Shown: piece by piece, positions 51,401-64,000 of the stretch
Layout: the number at the start of each line of letters is the position of its first letter
How positions within the stretch are numbered: position 1 is the stretch's first letter
Assembly (NCBI GenBank): GCA_028534125.1
Contig: CM052817.1
Location: forward strand, 58,530,001 to 58,594,000
DNA: 64,000 bases
DNA from: Lama glama
Taxonomy: Eukaryota
Direction: 5' to 3'
Position numbers and translations under genes: made by a program
The notes under the pieces: model-generated
Databases searched by the model: none
What the model was told of the DNA's origin: nothing
The model's input: only the letters and a program-made list of their open reading frames with translations

Positions 51401-53376
51401 AATCAATTGCAAGATCTGGGAGCTCTGTGCCTTTCTTTCAGAGAGAACTGATTGATCAGAGGTAAGTAGGGTTTTTCCATCTGGACAGGGCATATGAATA
51501 CCATGGTCACCATCATTCCCTATTCATGTCTGGCCATGAAATCATTTGAGTGAATCCCTTCATAAGAAAAAGATGTATAATTCACAATCCTCCAAGTATT
51601 CCACAAGTAATAAACTCACAGATTTCCCAGTCAGACTCTTGGTGCTGAGAAGTTCCTAGGAGCCCAGGTTTTTATAATTGTGCAGACTCTTATTATGGAC
51701 ACACATTTGAAGACAAAGGGAAAATGCCTAACTTCAATTTTAATAGAATAGTCAGCATTACATAAAATATATATACATGGTCTGACACATGCCACTACAT
51801 TATTATAGAAAGGCCAAGGGCTCATTAATTTCACCTGGGTGAGAACAACGTTTTATCAAATAATCACAATAGAATCATAATAATTCAAGATAATTAATCT
51901 GAGACTTCAGTATGAGGAGAAAAGGAGTAGACTGCTTAACTGCTAATTAAGAGTTTTAGTTTTTCTGTAGAGTGATCAAGTTGACTTGTTAACTTTGACG
52001 TGCCCATTCTGCCTATTCTCCTTCTTCCCTCTGCCATTCTCCCTGATTTCTCTCAAAAATCTGATCTACCTCCTCTCTCCTAAGGCTGGCCTCAGTCAGA
52101 TGTCCCACACCAAAGATGCCTTTGGACCACCAAATGTTACTGTTCCTTAGTAGGATGACCCTTTTAATTTATTTGTACATACACAGTTATTAACAGCCTC
52201 AATCCATTCCTGGAACTAGCATTCTTCAAGCTAAAGCTGGCTCATTGTTCCTGACCGTCACCTCCATTTATAGTGCATTGTGGGCCATGTTTCGTTTGTT
52301 TGTTTTTTTGTTTGTTTGTTTTGCCAGCTGTATTCATCATGTATTTTTAAATTCATTTGTACTTAAGTGAAGTATCATAGCTAGATTTTAGTCCCATTTC
52401 CTATCAAAAGCATCTTTTCTTTGATTAGATATGTTAAAAAAAAAAGTGTTATCCTGCCTTATCCTTTTATCCTTATCCTGTGATAAAGTCAACAGAAAAG
52501 AAACGAATTCAACTCTACTTGTCTTTAGACGTTGTTTCAATGGTGCACCAAGGATATCTGCCAGTCACCAATCTTCAGTTAAAGTCTTAAAATAAGCAAA
52601 AACAACTCATTGCCTTTCTTGGACCATTAACTGCTGCTTTTCTGGGATACATGGATTCCTGGCATGTGTAAGGAGGTTGGGTATCCAGTGCCTAGAATGC
52701 ACAATGGAGCCACTCTCCCTGAAGTCCAATCATCTTCCCCAGGAGCTGACACAGAGTGGTGCTAGGCTTTTTCCTGGGTCTCCTCTCCTTGTGCAATCCA
52801 AGGTTCTCTGACTCTTTTTCCTCATTTCCAGAAATCAGCACTTAATCTTGACTAGAGAAGCTCTCTCTGTTCAAATTTCCCTCAGAGATTATCCCTCTTT
52901 CCTCCAACCAGCTAGAGCACTGGAAAAATCTCTTCCATATATGTTATAGAACTGAGGAAAGCAAGTATCTAAAGATTCTTCTGCCCTGATACACACACCT
53001 TATTTTAAAAAGCACAAAGCCACCTTACTTAAACAAGGGACAGAGAGGAAGAAATAGAGAAATACATTAAAGTCTCAAAACATTTGTCCTGCCATGCAAT
53101 GTAGGGATGTTAGAGGGAGAATGATGCTTAACTACACTTGAACATGGAGCCTAAACTCAGGACTTAGTAACATGCAGTAACACACATAGTTTGCTCTCAA
53201 TTATATAACATAAATATTGTGTAGGAAAAAATCCAGAAAATAAAGAGTTATCAACCATCAAATATGTGGATGGATCATACTTAATTTTTTCCTATAGTCT
53301 CTATAATGACCACTTATTTCTATTTTAAGAATAGTATTTACTTTTAAGAAAGCAGAAAGTAGAGTTCAGAACATTA

Positions 53377-53602
53377 GAGGCAATGTAACCTAGTGAAGAG
53401 ACTACCTGGGATCAAATCCCAGTTTGCTACTTTATATTTGTATGACCTTGAGCTAGTTTTTTGTCTCAATTTTTCCATCTATAAAATGGGAACAACAACA
53501 ACCACTTCTTCATTGTGTTCTTATAAGGTTAAACAAGTTATTAAATAGAAAGTGCATAGAACAGAATGTAATAAACAATAGATAAGTGTTAACTATTATT
53601 GC
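53377..53602 (+). mobile_element. MIR SINE
   Basis: gaggcaatgtaacctagtg...tcaaatcccagtttgctact...tgaccttgagc...ttttccatctataaaatggg. Confidence 0.8.
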
Positions 53603-54454
53603 TTTACAGAAGGAATATTTCTAAGTTTAAAGAAAGAAAGTCCTATATTTTAGAAGTAATACAAAGCACTCAACCCCTTGTACTTCATTTCTAAATGTGA
53701 GAGTAGAAATATATTTTAAAAATAAATTCTCTACTTTGATGAAGAATAAAGTTTAATATTCATTCCTAGAAGGCATGCTATTTATTTTATACCCTCGAGT
53801 ATTCAGATGAGCTCATATATCAGATTTCTTTTATGAAAAATAATTAATGGAAACGTTCACTAGTTATGAAGGAGAAGGAGTAAATATAATGAATTTGTCT
53901 TAAGGGAAAACTGGTAAATATAATAAAACATTACTTGGAAAAGAGAAATACGTAATAAATTCTGTAACCATAAGTCTTATGGTATCTTTTTATCAGGAAT
54001 ACACCACAGTATATTCTTCTTTAATTCCCCAAACCTCCTCCTGTGAATTAACCTGGTAACCTCCTAAATACAATCTCCACTGAAGGAACATTGTTTAATC
54101 ATGTTAGGTCCTGGGGAAAAAAATCTCACTGTGAACAAAGCGCTGTTGATATTTTACTTTATATGTTATAACATCAAAATACTAAGTAGTTTCTGTTTAT
54201 TTTGTCTAAAAACACCATAGTAGAAAAGAACGTGTTTGGAGACTCCGGGAGAGAGGAGTCAGATAGTGGTGTTACCTCATACATCATCTGTTGTATATCC
54301 TGCATAGATTGAGATTTTTTATGAGTGTTTATTATCAATTTTCATTTATTGAATTTAATGGTCTTTTTTATTATTAGAATTCACTTTTTTGGATATTTCA
54401 GAAAGAGCCCCAAACAGTGTAGTCTGCATTTTTGCTCAGTTGTTGACTGGGCCA

Positions 54455-55245
54455 CTTAATTCATTCATCTGTTGATGAATCAATTTATAAAATACCTGCC
54501 ACGTGCTCGATAACTTTCTAGACACTGGTGCTTCGATATAAACAACACAGACTGAATTCCTGCTTTTATGGTGTTTGGATTTTAGTGAGGAGAGGTAGAC
54601 AATAAACAAATATGTAACATGTCAGGGAGGGATGATAAATGCTATACTGAAAAATGAAGCAGGATAGAAAGTGACTTTGAAGTGTGTTGCTGTTTCAAAA
54701 AGGGTGTTCAAAGAAGGTTACTCTGATTAGGGATATTTTAGCAGAAACTAAAATGAAAAAAAGAAGTAAGCAGCTCATCTATCTATGGGAAGAGGGTTGA
54801 AGACAACAAGTGCAAAAGATATGAGGCAGAACACTTGCAGTTTTTAGGATGGGCATGAGTGCCATTGTGGCTGGAGCAGAGTGAATGAGTAGACAAGTAA
54901 TGCAAGATCAGGTCAGAGAGAAACCAGACCATGAAAGACCTTCTAGGCCCTTGGAATCTTACTTTGCATGAGATAGGAACCCATTGGAGTGTTCTGGGAA
55001 AAATAATGACATAATCAAACTTTATTTTAAAGCCATTATTGTGACTTCTGTGCAGATATAGGCAGCAAGAGGCCATGATAGAAGAAGGAAGGCAGAGCTC
55101 CTAAAGGTGAGAGGTAGAGTGATAAAGGAAGAGAGGGTAAGCACTGGTTGGATTTTAGGCGTGTTTTGACTGAGTCAGCAGGATTTGTTAATAGATTGTA
55201 TGTGGAATATCGAAAGAGAGCAATGTCAAAGATTATCCCTGATTC
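54455..55245 (-). mobile_element. L2a-like 3' end
   Basis: attcattcat...tttctagacactgg...cctgcttttatgg...tagacaataaacaaat...gggaacccattggag. Confidence 0.8.
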
Positions 55246-55349
55246 TTAAACTCTCTACATTTTCCAATTCTTACCTCTTTTTGCTGTCTTTCTGATGTTG
55301 CAAATAAGTAGATATCATGATGTAGAAATTAATGGAGTTTTCTCCATAC

Positions 55350-55537
55350 ATGCACATCCCTGGTGTCTCATCTTCTTACAAAGACACCAGTCATGTTGGA
55401 TTAGTCTCCCCACCCCTGGGAACATCATTTTAACAACTCTTTGAAGACCTTGTCTCTAAATATGGCTACATTCTAAGATACTGGGAGTTGAAACTCCAAC
55501 ATGTGAATTTTGAGGGGACAAAATTCAGCCCATAACA
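55350..55537 (-). mobile_element. MLT1B/A-like LTR fragment
   Basis: tcttcttacaaagacaccagtcatgttggattag...gaattttgaggggacaaaattcagcccataaca. Confidence 0.8.
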
Positions 55538-58500
55538 GATAGACAGACTCAAGACTGCTGTGTTAACTCTTTCCTCCACACAAGGCCAACCTTAATTCAA
55601 GGGAAGGAAAACTAAATTGTAACTCGCCATGGGGAATACCAAAGATTTGGGGCAATTTTTAATCTACCATATAAATATGTGACATTATTTTATTAATCCA
55701 TTTTTCATATATTATTTTATTAAATTCTCAGTCATGTGTGAGGAGTTTGGATTTGAGGGAATGTAGAAGGATAAGAGATTTTCGTAAATGTTTGTATATA
55801 TTCATCAGTGTGCTCATTTGAATCTGTTTTCCAATGCTATTTTAATTTCCATTAAATTTGGAAACTTTATTTAAATGCTACCTGTATTTGAATTAATTTA
55901 CAGTTCTTAAAATCTTGTGATTGAGAGTATCAAAGAATTATGGTTTTTAAAAGTACTTTACTAAATTCTCGATTATAAACACTGAGTAAAGTTGAAATTG
56001 AAATAACAACTAACAAACAATACTTTTCATATTATGCTTATATAGTGTTATTTTATGATAATTTTTTCCTTCTGATTCTGTCAAGGTAAATTTTGAATAA
56101 ACATTATACCTATTATTTGACTTTTGTAGACAACATGACTAAATATGATAAATACTCATCTGAGAGAAAAATAATAATTATATATCCTAATAAAACAAAG
56201 TTATTTTTACATAAATTAAACACAAAACAAATTTTGCTTAATTTATGTTAAAAGGTATACAATATCTTTTATCTTTTAGTCATAAGAGACCTCAGGGAAG
56301 AACAATTTAATGGAAAAAATAAATAAATACTCTCATGTTGCCTGCTAGCTTCATATTTCTATCCAAATCCTTCTCATACACTGTCCAGATGATTTCAAGG
56401 AGGCATGTATAAGATATGGAACTTATCAACATTAATACAGTCTAAAAATAATGACCTGCCTCCTCCCACCCCATTCTCAGCTTACATATTCATTTTCTTC
56501 CTTAAATTTGAATTTCAGTAAGTTTCTTCATTGTTGCATAGGTTGGTGCCTTAGATTTCTCCTAACTTTTTGAGTTCTCCAAGTACTAATGACGTAAAAC
56601 TTTCTTCGTAAGAAGGTTTATTTTAGCATGCTTTCAAGAGCATTGAGCCATACTCTGCTTACTTTAATCTGAGTCCCTTTGATATATTTAGTGAAAAAAA
56701 TTTACTCAGCATCTGTTAGAGATGAGCTTGGAGAATTGAATTCAAGGATCTACTTTTTATAACAATGAGTTAAACAGAACCCCCAGAAAACTACAGGATA
56801 CATAGGTTTGAATTGTATTCCGTAACTGGCAAAACTGAAGATTTCATAGGAAAAGCTTGGTGTACAGAACATGAGGGGAGAGAATTCAGGTACAAAACAT
56901 GGAAAGACATGTCTGAATTCATTTGTATGTAAGATAGGCTGTTGAATTATTTCTAGCAAAATACCAAAGCCAATAAAATCCTTGAAATTTTGGGAAATAT
57001 AAACAACTTCATGTGTTTCTTGAAAGAAAATTAACTGTAAGAGAGTCCTTGTGACCTCAACCTTGGTTTTGGGGACCTACTTCAGAGTGGACTGGAATCA
57101 CTGAAACATTTGTTCTGTCTTCCAACAAGATGCCAAAATAATTTTATTTGGAAACAGTTGAAGTCAGCAGTGTGCTCTGTTCCCCAATATTTGTTGCTCC
57201 CAAGTGTCTAGAAAACAATGTGAGGTAATAGCAGAGAAGGCAGTAAATGCTCTGCTGACCAATATTAACAAGATCTCTTTTACCATCTAATGCAAATATC
57301 AGATAATGGAACTGGCTTGGGATTAACACTATATTTAAGATAATGTCATTATTAATAATAACTTGGGCAACCAATTTCTTGTATAGCATATGCAGTGTTT
57401 CTTAATAACATTTCATATAAACTCTGGATCATATGCATTCATTCTTTGTTGATTTTAAATATCATTTCTTGCCTTTCTTCAGAATTTGCCTATAAATGTG
57501 AAGTATAATGTAAAACATTTTTCTTTAAATAAGAAATTACTAATCAAAGTAAATTCAGAGACTGTGATTCATCATTAACATGTCCATTTGAGATGGACCA
57601 TGAATATGAGAGGCTATCAGAAGTGAACTCAGCATGAATCTAGTTTATCTGGCAATGACTTCCATCTGTTCTATCTTGGAATCCTCTACTTAAACAACAA
57701 GTGAATTTTGGAAGCTGAATCATATCAACTGTAAAATAAAAGGTACACGAAATTAAGTAAAGTAATTCTACCATACATCAAATAATTTATAAATAATTGT
57801 ATTTTCTTTGGTAACTATATAAGGTTAAAGAATATCAGCTCTAAATGTTTTATAAAGACAGTGGGCATCCATTGTTTAACTCTATGAAGGTATTAAATGT
57901 CTGTGCTGACAGATGCAATGCAATGAGGAAAATAAGCAAACATTCTGTTCTGAAGTTTTTGTTGCACAAATTTAGCATTCCTTCAATGTAGTTTTCATGC
58001 CACACATAAATAATTTGTCAGAGATTCTATTATCTTTAGTGATTCTTTTGGGCAAAATTGGCATATTGATGACACAAATTAAAAGTTGCCTAGTAATTAT
58101 GAAAAATCAGAAAATGCTATTTACCCTTTCCTATAGTAAAAATATTCTTAATTGCACATGGGAATATATGAACATCATTTTACAATACATTCCAAAAGAG
58201 ATCAGGAAAAGTACAATGTGTTTTTGCAGGTACTTTTGTCCTCTTTGATAGTGGCTGAGCCATAACACAAGAAATTGGAAAGGGAGCAAGTGCCAGATGG
58301 ACATTAGACTCTAATCAACAGCCTAATAGCAATGATTATAAAGATAGATGTAATTTGAATATTCTGTGCGACCACTGATGTCAGAGTCTCAGCTAAGGAA
58401 ATTCTGTTTTCTTCTAAGTTCTTGTATTATACTTCAGCGGTTAGCTTACATCTGTACTGGGACATGCCCTTTTTCTCAGGTAATCTCTTTGACTCTAGTA

Positions 58501-59394
58501 AATCTGACAAGAAACCCTTATCTCAGGAGATGTAACAAACACTGATAATGTTGGCTTAAACCTGTTATATTAAAATTTTATTAGGTATATTTTTTATTAA
58601 GACTGAAGATCCACTTAAAGTAGTTAGGCTCTGCTTAACAAGGAAGTTTTTGGCAGCAATATTTGAGCTGAAAGTTTTTAAAAAACTGAGCAGAATTGTC
58701 AAAGCATAATTAAGGGTAAAGGAATTAAGCTCATTTTTCTCCCTTAAGGGTCTTTGCCAGCCAATAGAAACTTTGGCAACAGAGCCAAGTAGAAAAATGG
58801 AGCCATGTCAGTTGCTACGCCACCTTAAAGAGAGATTGGTCGTAATTTCTGGTAATAATGCCCACAGGAGTAAAGCCGACTGTAGAGTATCCTCTTGTGA
58901 ACATTAGCTGTTTTTCTCCTTCTCTTTCTTGCTCTTTCCTTTGGGCCTTAGTCAATTATTGATAATAGTTCACTACTGTCATTTCTCACTATTTCTGTTA
59001 TTTTCCTGAAATGTGGTGAGTCATTCAGAACAATTAACAAACATTTATTGAGGTCCCACTATGTGTAAGACCTTATGTAAAAGTATTGGGGCAGAAATAG
59101 TTTATTCTGACTGTAGAAAGTGACAGAATATTATAATACTGGTTGTATTTGAACATGACCTGGAAAAGTACAAAGTATTTCAAAGTATTTCAAAAGTGCA
59201 AAGACGGGATTGAGGAAAGGGAAGTGTCATGAGCCAAAGTCTTAAGTTAGACCACAAAGGTCTAGAATTTAGAAACATTCAGTTGTGTGGCCCATGCAGT
59301 AAGGAAAAAGTTGTTTGGTGTGAAGCACATTACATGCTTTATCAAGAACTTAGACTACCTTCTTTAGGCAGTGAGGTCCAGGAAGCAATAGTTG

Positions 59395-59765
59395 CGTCTT
59401 AGTCTGTTCAGGATGCTCTAACAAAGTACCATAAACTAGGAAGTATGTAAACAACAGAAATGTATTTATTACTCACAGTTCTGGAGACTGGGAAGTCCAA
59501 GATCAAAGCACTGGCATATTCAGTGTCGGATGAGGGCCCACTTCCTGGATAGTGTCTTTTTGTCTTTTCCTTGTAGCCTCACATGGTGAGAAGAGCAGGG
59601 GAGCCCTCTGGGGCCTTTTTTGTAAAGGCACTCATCCCATTCCTCAGGGCTCTGTCCTCATGACTTAATCCCCTTTCAAAGGCCACACATCCTGATACTC
59701 TCACTTTGGCATGTTAAGATTTCAACATATAAAGTTTGAGGGGACACGAATATTCATATGTAGCA
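59395..59765 (-). mobile_element. MLT1A0-like solo LTR
   Basis: Perfect 5-bp TSD AGTTG at 59390-59394 and 59766-59770; gtcttagtctgttcagg...ctcacagttctggagactgggaagtccaagatcaa. Confidence 0.9.
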
Positions 59766-60123
59766 AGTTGAGCAAATTTTAAGATGCAAAATGAAGAAAA
59801 TTTTATAATTCTTCTTGAACTTGATTTCCACAGAATGGGTTCTGACCTTTATTTGAAATTTGACAGTTCCTAGAATATCAAAGGGAACTAATCAAATATA
59901 AATTATATGAAATATGAAGAGTTTTCATATTAGCCACATTATTATTAATTACCTGCATCTGTACATGCAGGTGCAGATCTGCCCATCACATTGGATGAAA
60001 AATTGCCTATATTTATATTAAAATAATAGAGTTTACAGGTGACCTAGGCTATCATAAATATATACTGAAAGGTCTATATATTTCTATTTATCTAATTGTT
60101 GTATCTTAAAAGGTTGTAGTTAG

Positions 60124-60601
60124 TGCGTTAAGTTTATTTTGCTGCTATAACTAATTACCACCAACTTCATAGCTTAAAACAATTCATATTTAGTATCCTA
60201 TAGTTTTGGAAGTCAGAAGTCAGAATTAGGTCTCTCTAAACTGGAATCAAAGTGTTGGTAGAACTGAGTTCTTTCTGGAGGCTCTAAAGGATAATCCATT
60301 TACTTAGGATTTTGAGCACGAAGAGTTTGCTTGCATGCCTTGGCTCTTTGCTTCTTTCCATCTTCAAAACCAGCAGAGGCCCATCAAGTCTTTCTCATGC
60401 TGCACCACTTTGATTCTGACTCTTCTACCTCTCCCTTTGACATATAAGGACACTTATGATTTCAGTGGGTCCCCACAGAACCCAGGAAAATCTCCCTATT
60501 TTGAAGTCAGGTGATTAGCTACCTTTATTTTATCTGTAGCCTGAATTCCCCTTTGCCTAAACATCATTAGAGGAGGAAATGGCATTATTCTCCCTAACAC
60601 A
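60124..60601 (-). mobile_element. MLT1D/C-like solo LTR
   Basis: TG...CA, TSD GTTAG/GTTTG; gctgctataactaattaccacc...ctttctggaggctct. Confidence 0.85.
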
Positions 60602-60769
60602 GTTTGTAATAACACATGGGTAAGATCTGGGTCTTATTCCTGACACAGGAATCTTTTTGTTCCTAAGCTTTGAGTTGATTATTTAAATAATTAGAATGCA
60701 CGTTCTTCTTTTTCTCTCAACTGTTAATTGGTTAGTGTATTAATACAGAGTGAGAGGTATCCATTGTGC

Positions 60770-61092
60770 TGAATTATACAAGCTATTTCCTTTACCTTTA
60801 GTTCTTTGTCTGGCAAACTTCTAATCCTCACTTAATGCCCAACTAAATGCCACCCCCCTGTGAAAATTCTTCCCCAAAGTCCAATAAGTACTTTAATCCA
60901 ACATCTAATATGGAACTATACAATTCTAATATAAATATGTTTATTTACAGTCTTCCCCAGCGAATATAGATATTAATAAATAATGATTTATTTTATATTG
61001 TTTATATTCCCTATTTCAGTGCCTAGTGTAGAACTAGTATATAATATACTAATAATAGATGAATGAGTGAATTGCTGAACAAATGAATGGTG
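60770..61092 (+). mobile_element. L2 3' end
   Basis: cagtgcctagtgtag...gaatgagtgaattgctgaacaaatgaatg tail. Confidence 0.6.
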
Positions 61093-61564
61093 AAAAAAAC
61101 CTCACTTAAGACCTAATTTCTTTTCCAGTGTTTTATCCTATTAAAATCAAAATAGTCATTTTATTAAATTAGCCATTGATAAGCTAATATATATAACAAA
61201 ACCTGTCAAGCTATGCAAGTAGTATCAGCCTACCAAATTTCTTGTTGCTTGTCCTTTTTTCTTTCCCCGACAACGCTAAACTTAGCTGGTACCAATACTG
61301 GACACAAATTATCTGTGTGAGACAAAGTTGCCGCTAGGGAATTCAGTACTGAATTGCCCTTGTTGTTTGTCAGGATCTCATCTTGTGTTCTGAAAATCTG
61401 GCTTCTGCTTCAGCTGGTATTTATCTGATAACCACTGTCTATAAGAGGACTGCATTCCTGCCAACTGCTATTTGGATTTACAAATATTACCTTTCCTGAG
61501 ATTTTCTACAGCCAAATGCTGTATATGTGTCCAGTTTCTCCAAATTAAGCTGTCTACTTCTTTA

Positions 61565-61735
61565 AAGTATTTATCTTCAACATGCAGGATTATTGTCTCA
61601 TTTACAGATAAGGACATTGAGGCTTAGAGGAGTTAATAACCTGACTAGAGGTCACAGTGCTGGTGAATGGCTCAGCTGGAATTCCAACTCAGGTTTCTTT
61701 TTTTTTAATTCTAAAGACTGTGGCTTTAACTACAG
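61565..61735 (-). mobile_element. MIR SINE
   Basis: catttacagataaggacattgaggcttagaggagttaataacctgactagaggtcacag. Confidence 0.8.
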
Positions 61736-61820
61736 AAAGTCTACAGTGCATTTGTTTTAAGCGTGATTCTGACTGTTCCTTGATTTTAGATGACTGAAGA
61801 GGGATTAAAAAAAATACAAA

Positions 61821-61889
61821 GAAAAATTGTGCTGAACACTGGAATTTGACACAACATTGTAAAATGATTATAAATCAATAAAAAATGTT
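61821..61889 (+). mobile_element. Young L1 3' tip (~70 bp), same subfamily as 37014-38150
   Basis: 3 mismatches against the reverse complement of about 37021-37091; TSD AAAAAAATACAAA at 61808-61820 and 61890-61902. Confidence 0.9.
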
Positions 61890-62539
61890 AAAAAAATACA
61901 AATAGAGGTAGAGATAGAAGAAGAGAGAAGAAAAGATGAAAGAAGTAAAGAGAGAAACAGAAAATGAAAAGGAAACAGAAGAGAAAAGATATTTTAAAAA
62001 ATTCTCTCCATTCCCTAGATTTGACATTTATTGAGCTCATAATCCTAAGGTTATGTATTTCTGTTGTTAACAGACCTAATAATTTTGAGTCGTCTTGCAA
62101 TCCTGGAATAAAAGCCACTTGGAACATTGGTTAGTTTTCATAGAAGGGATTTTATTATGGGATATTTGACAATTTGCAAAATCTTGTGGAAGGTCAGCAA
62201 ATGATGATCAGTTAGATAAGGACAAAATACCGTTAGAGAATCCTGAGTGGCAGGGATAAGCTATGCTGCCAGGCTGAGAGCAAGAAAGTGAAAAGGGATG
62301 GGGATATGGGGTTTTCAGAATTTAATATGTAGGGGTTTTGTTTGTTTGTTTGTTTTGGAAGAATGAGAAGTTGGGAATTGGTGGTGGGTGGTTAGTTTCA
62401 GGTATTTGTGTTTAGAGAAAATGAGGTTGTCTGAGAAGGGTAAGACAAGGTGATGAAGACATTTATCTTGTCATCCTAAACTTTCTTTTCCTCATTTTGC
62501 AGTTGAATACATTATTTTGTTTTTTTAAAATTCTATCAT

Positions 62540-62781
62540 TTTATTGTTTTTACCTCGTGACCCCTTCACCATTTCTCCCACCCCCTCACTTCTGGCAACC
62601 ACCAACCTGTTCTCTGTATCAATAAGGTTTTTTTTTTTAAATTAGCTTTAAGATGCAAGACAGATCATATGGTCTTTGTCTTTCTTTGTCTGACTTATTT
62701 CACTTAGCATAATGTCATGTTACAAATGGCAAAGCTTTATTCTTTTTATAGATGAATAATATTCCATTGTGTGTGTGTGTA

Positions 62782-62862
<81 letters not shown>

Positions 62863-63308
62863 ACATTTTTGTCCATATCCATCGCTGAACACCTGGGTAG
62901 TTTCCATATATTGGCTATTGTAAATAGTGCTGCATTGAATATGAGGGTGCATATATCATTTTGGATTAGTGTTTTCTTTTTATGCTCTTTTTTTGATAAA
63001 TACCCAGAAGTGAAACTGATGAATTATATGGTAGTTCTATTTTTTTATTTTTTGAGGAATCCCCATACTGTTTTCCATAGTAGATGCACCAATTTACATT
63101 CCTACCAACAGTGCATGAAGTCTACCTTTTCCCCATATCCCTGCCAACACTTATTTCTTGCCTTTTTGATGCTAGCCATTCTAACAGGTATGAAGTGATA
63201 TCCCCTTATTGTTTTGATTTGCATTTCCCTGATGATTAGTGATGTTGAGCATCTTTTCATGTACCTGTCGGCCATCTGTGTATCTTCTTTGGAAAAATTG
63301 TCTATTTG
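62540..63308 (-). mobile_element. L1 (L1MA9-like) 3' region, antisense
   Basis: ctggcaaccaccaacctgttctctgtatc...ttggctattgtaaatagtgctgc...ttgcatttccctgatgattagtgatgttgagcatcttttcatg. Confidence 0.9.
62768..62859. repeat. Compound (TG)n(TA)n microsatellite inside the L1
   Basis: About 22 bp of TG repeats, then about 70 bp of TA repeats with one C interruption at 62814. Confidence 0.98.
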
Positions 63309-64000
63309 TCTTAATTTAACTACCTGTTTTCAGTAAGGTAAGCCCTCCCCCACATTTGCCTGGTTCTTAATTTATCTAATTTTCTTTCTGAAGAGAATAA
63401 ACTTCTAGCTTCTGCTGAGGATGGGAGAAGTTGCCCAGCTGCATGGAATTTTTTCAGCCAGTCCTCTGGTTGTCAGCTCTATTTTTCTTCCCACTTTCAT
63501 AGGTGTATAGCTTTTCCAAGATCCCACAGTAAAAGTAGGGTTGTTTGGGGATAGAGAGGCGCATTGCTGGCTCACATTTCAGATTTCTGGTGTTTCTCTG
63601 CTTTCCAGTTTCCTTTTCCAGCTGTTGGCTACTCTCAAAATGCTTAGATTTTACAATGGACTTTTTATCTTAAATATACCTTTTTTTCTACCTTATGTTT
63701 AAAGACAGTATATATACTTATATAATATGGAGTTTTTATGTTTATTTTTTATAGAATTTGAAGAATGTTAAAACCAAGCTGAATACACTATGGTTGTACA
63801 ATATATCAAGCAATAAATATTCAATTTTGTATGAATATTGGTAAAGGATAGGAGGCAATATTTACTTAGTCTGACAGGACCAAATATAACAGTTGGCATT
63901 ATGAACTTTGCTTTAGCTTTTTTTCTTTCCTTGTCACACAGACTATATTTATTAAGGTTTAAGAAGAAAGTCAGTTAAAGAATTTGGAATTGTCTTCTCT

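Noticed and set aside
59951..59972. Inverted repeat ACCTGCAT-6nt-ATGCAGGT
   Set aside because: An 8-bp stem is expected by chance in a window this size
62752..63198. 148-aa ORF with IY repeats
   Set aside because: Translation of a (TA)n microsatellite plus antisense L1
1..64000. A novel multi-gene system, operon, CRISPR array or other prokaryote-type locus
   Set aside because: The window is mammalian intron. There is no gene-dense region, no regularly spaced repeat-spacer array, and no long ORF other than an L1 fragment.

Overview
Mammalian nuclear DNA, AT-rich and CpG-poor, most likely from a camelid: it has Vic-1-type tRNA-derived SINEs and cetartiodactyl-type L1 3' ends, and I saw no Alu, Bov-tA/BovB or PRE1. 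The window lies inside one very large gene. The only host coding sequence I can support is a 78-bp, phase 0-0 exon on the + strand (48417-48494, SADMSPASSTASLPVSPLTEEPSPFK), which I recognise from memory as an internal exon of CCSER1 (FAM190A). The rest is intron filled with interspersed repeats: young and old L1, SINEs, MIR, L2, MaLR/ERV LTRs, Tigger and hAT MITEs, and microsatellites. Repeat family names come from recalled consensus sequences, not a search. Boundaries are exact only where a TSD or TIR is cited. I find no convincing evidence of a new multi-gene system. The most interesting signals are: (i) a 73-nt pre-miRNA-like hairpin inside what looks like an ancient Eulor5-type palindromic element (41502-41574); (ii) a ~76-bp twin-primed, 5'-inverted L1 micro-insertion (38957-39052); (iii) a poly(A)-only insertion with a 17-bp TSD nested three layers deep; (iv) candidate cryptic micro and terminal exons; and (v) an unexplained dispersed motif showing CpG decay.
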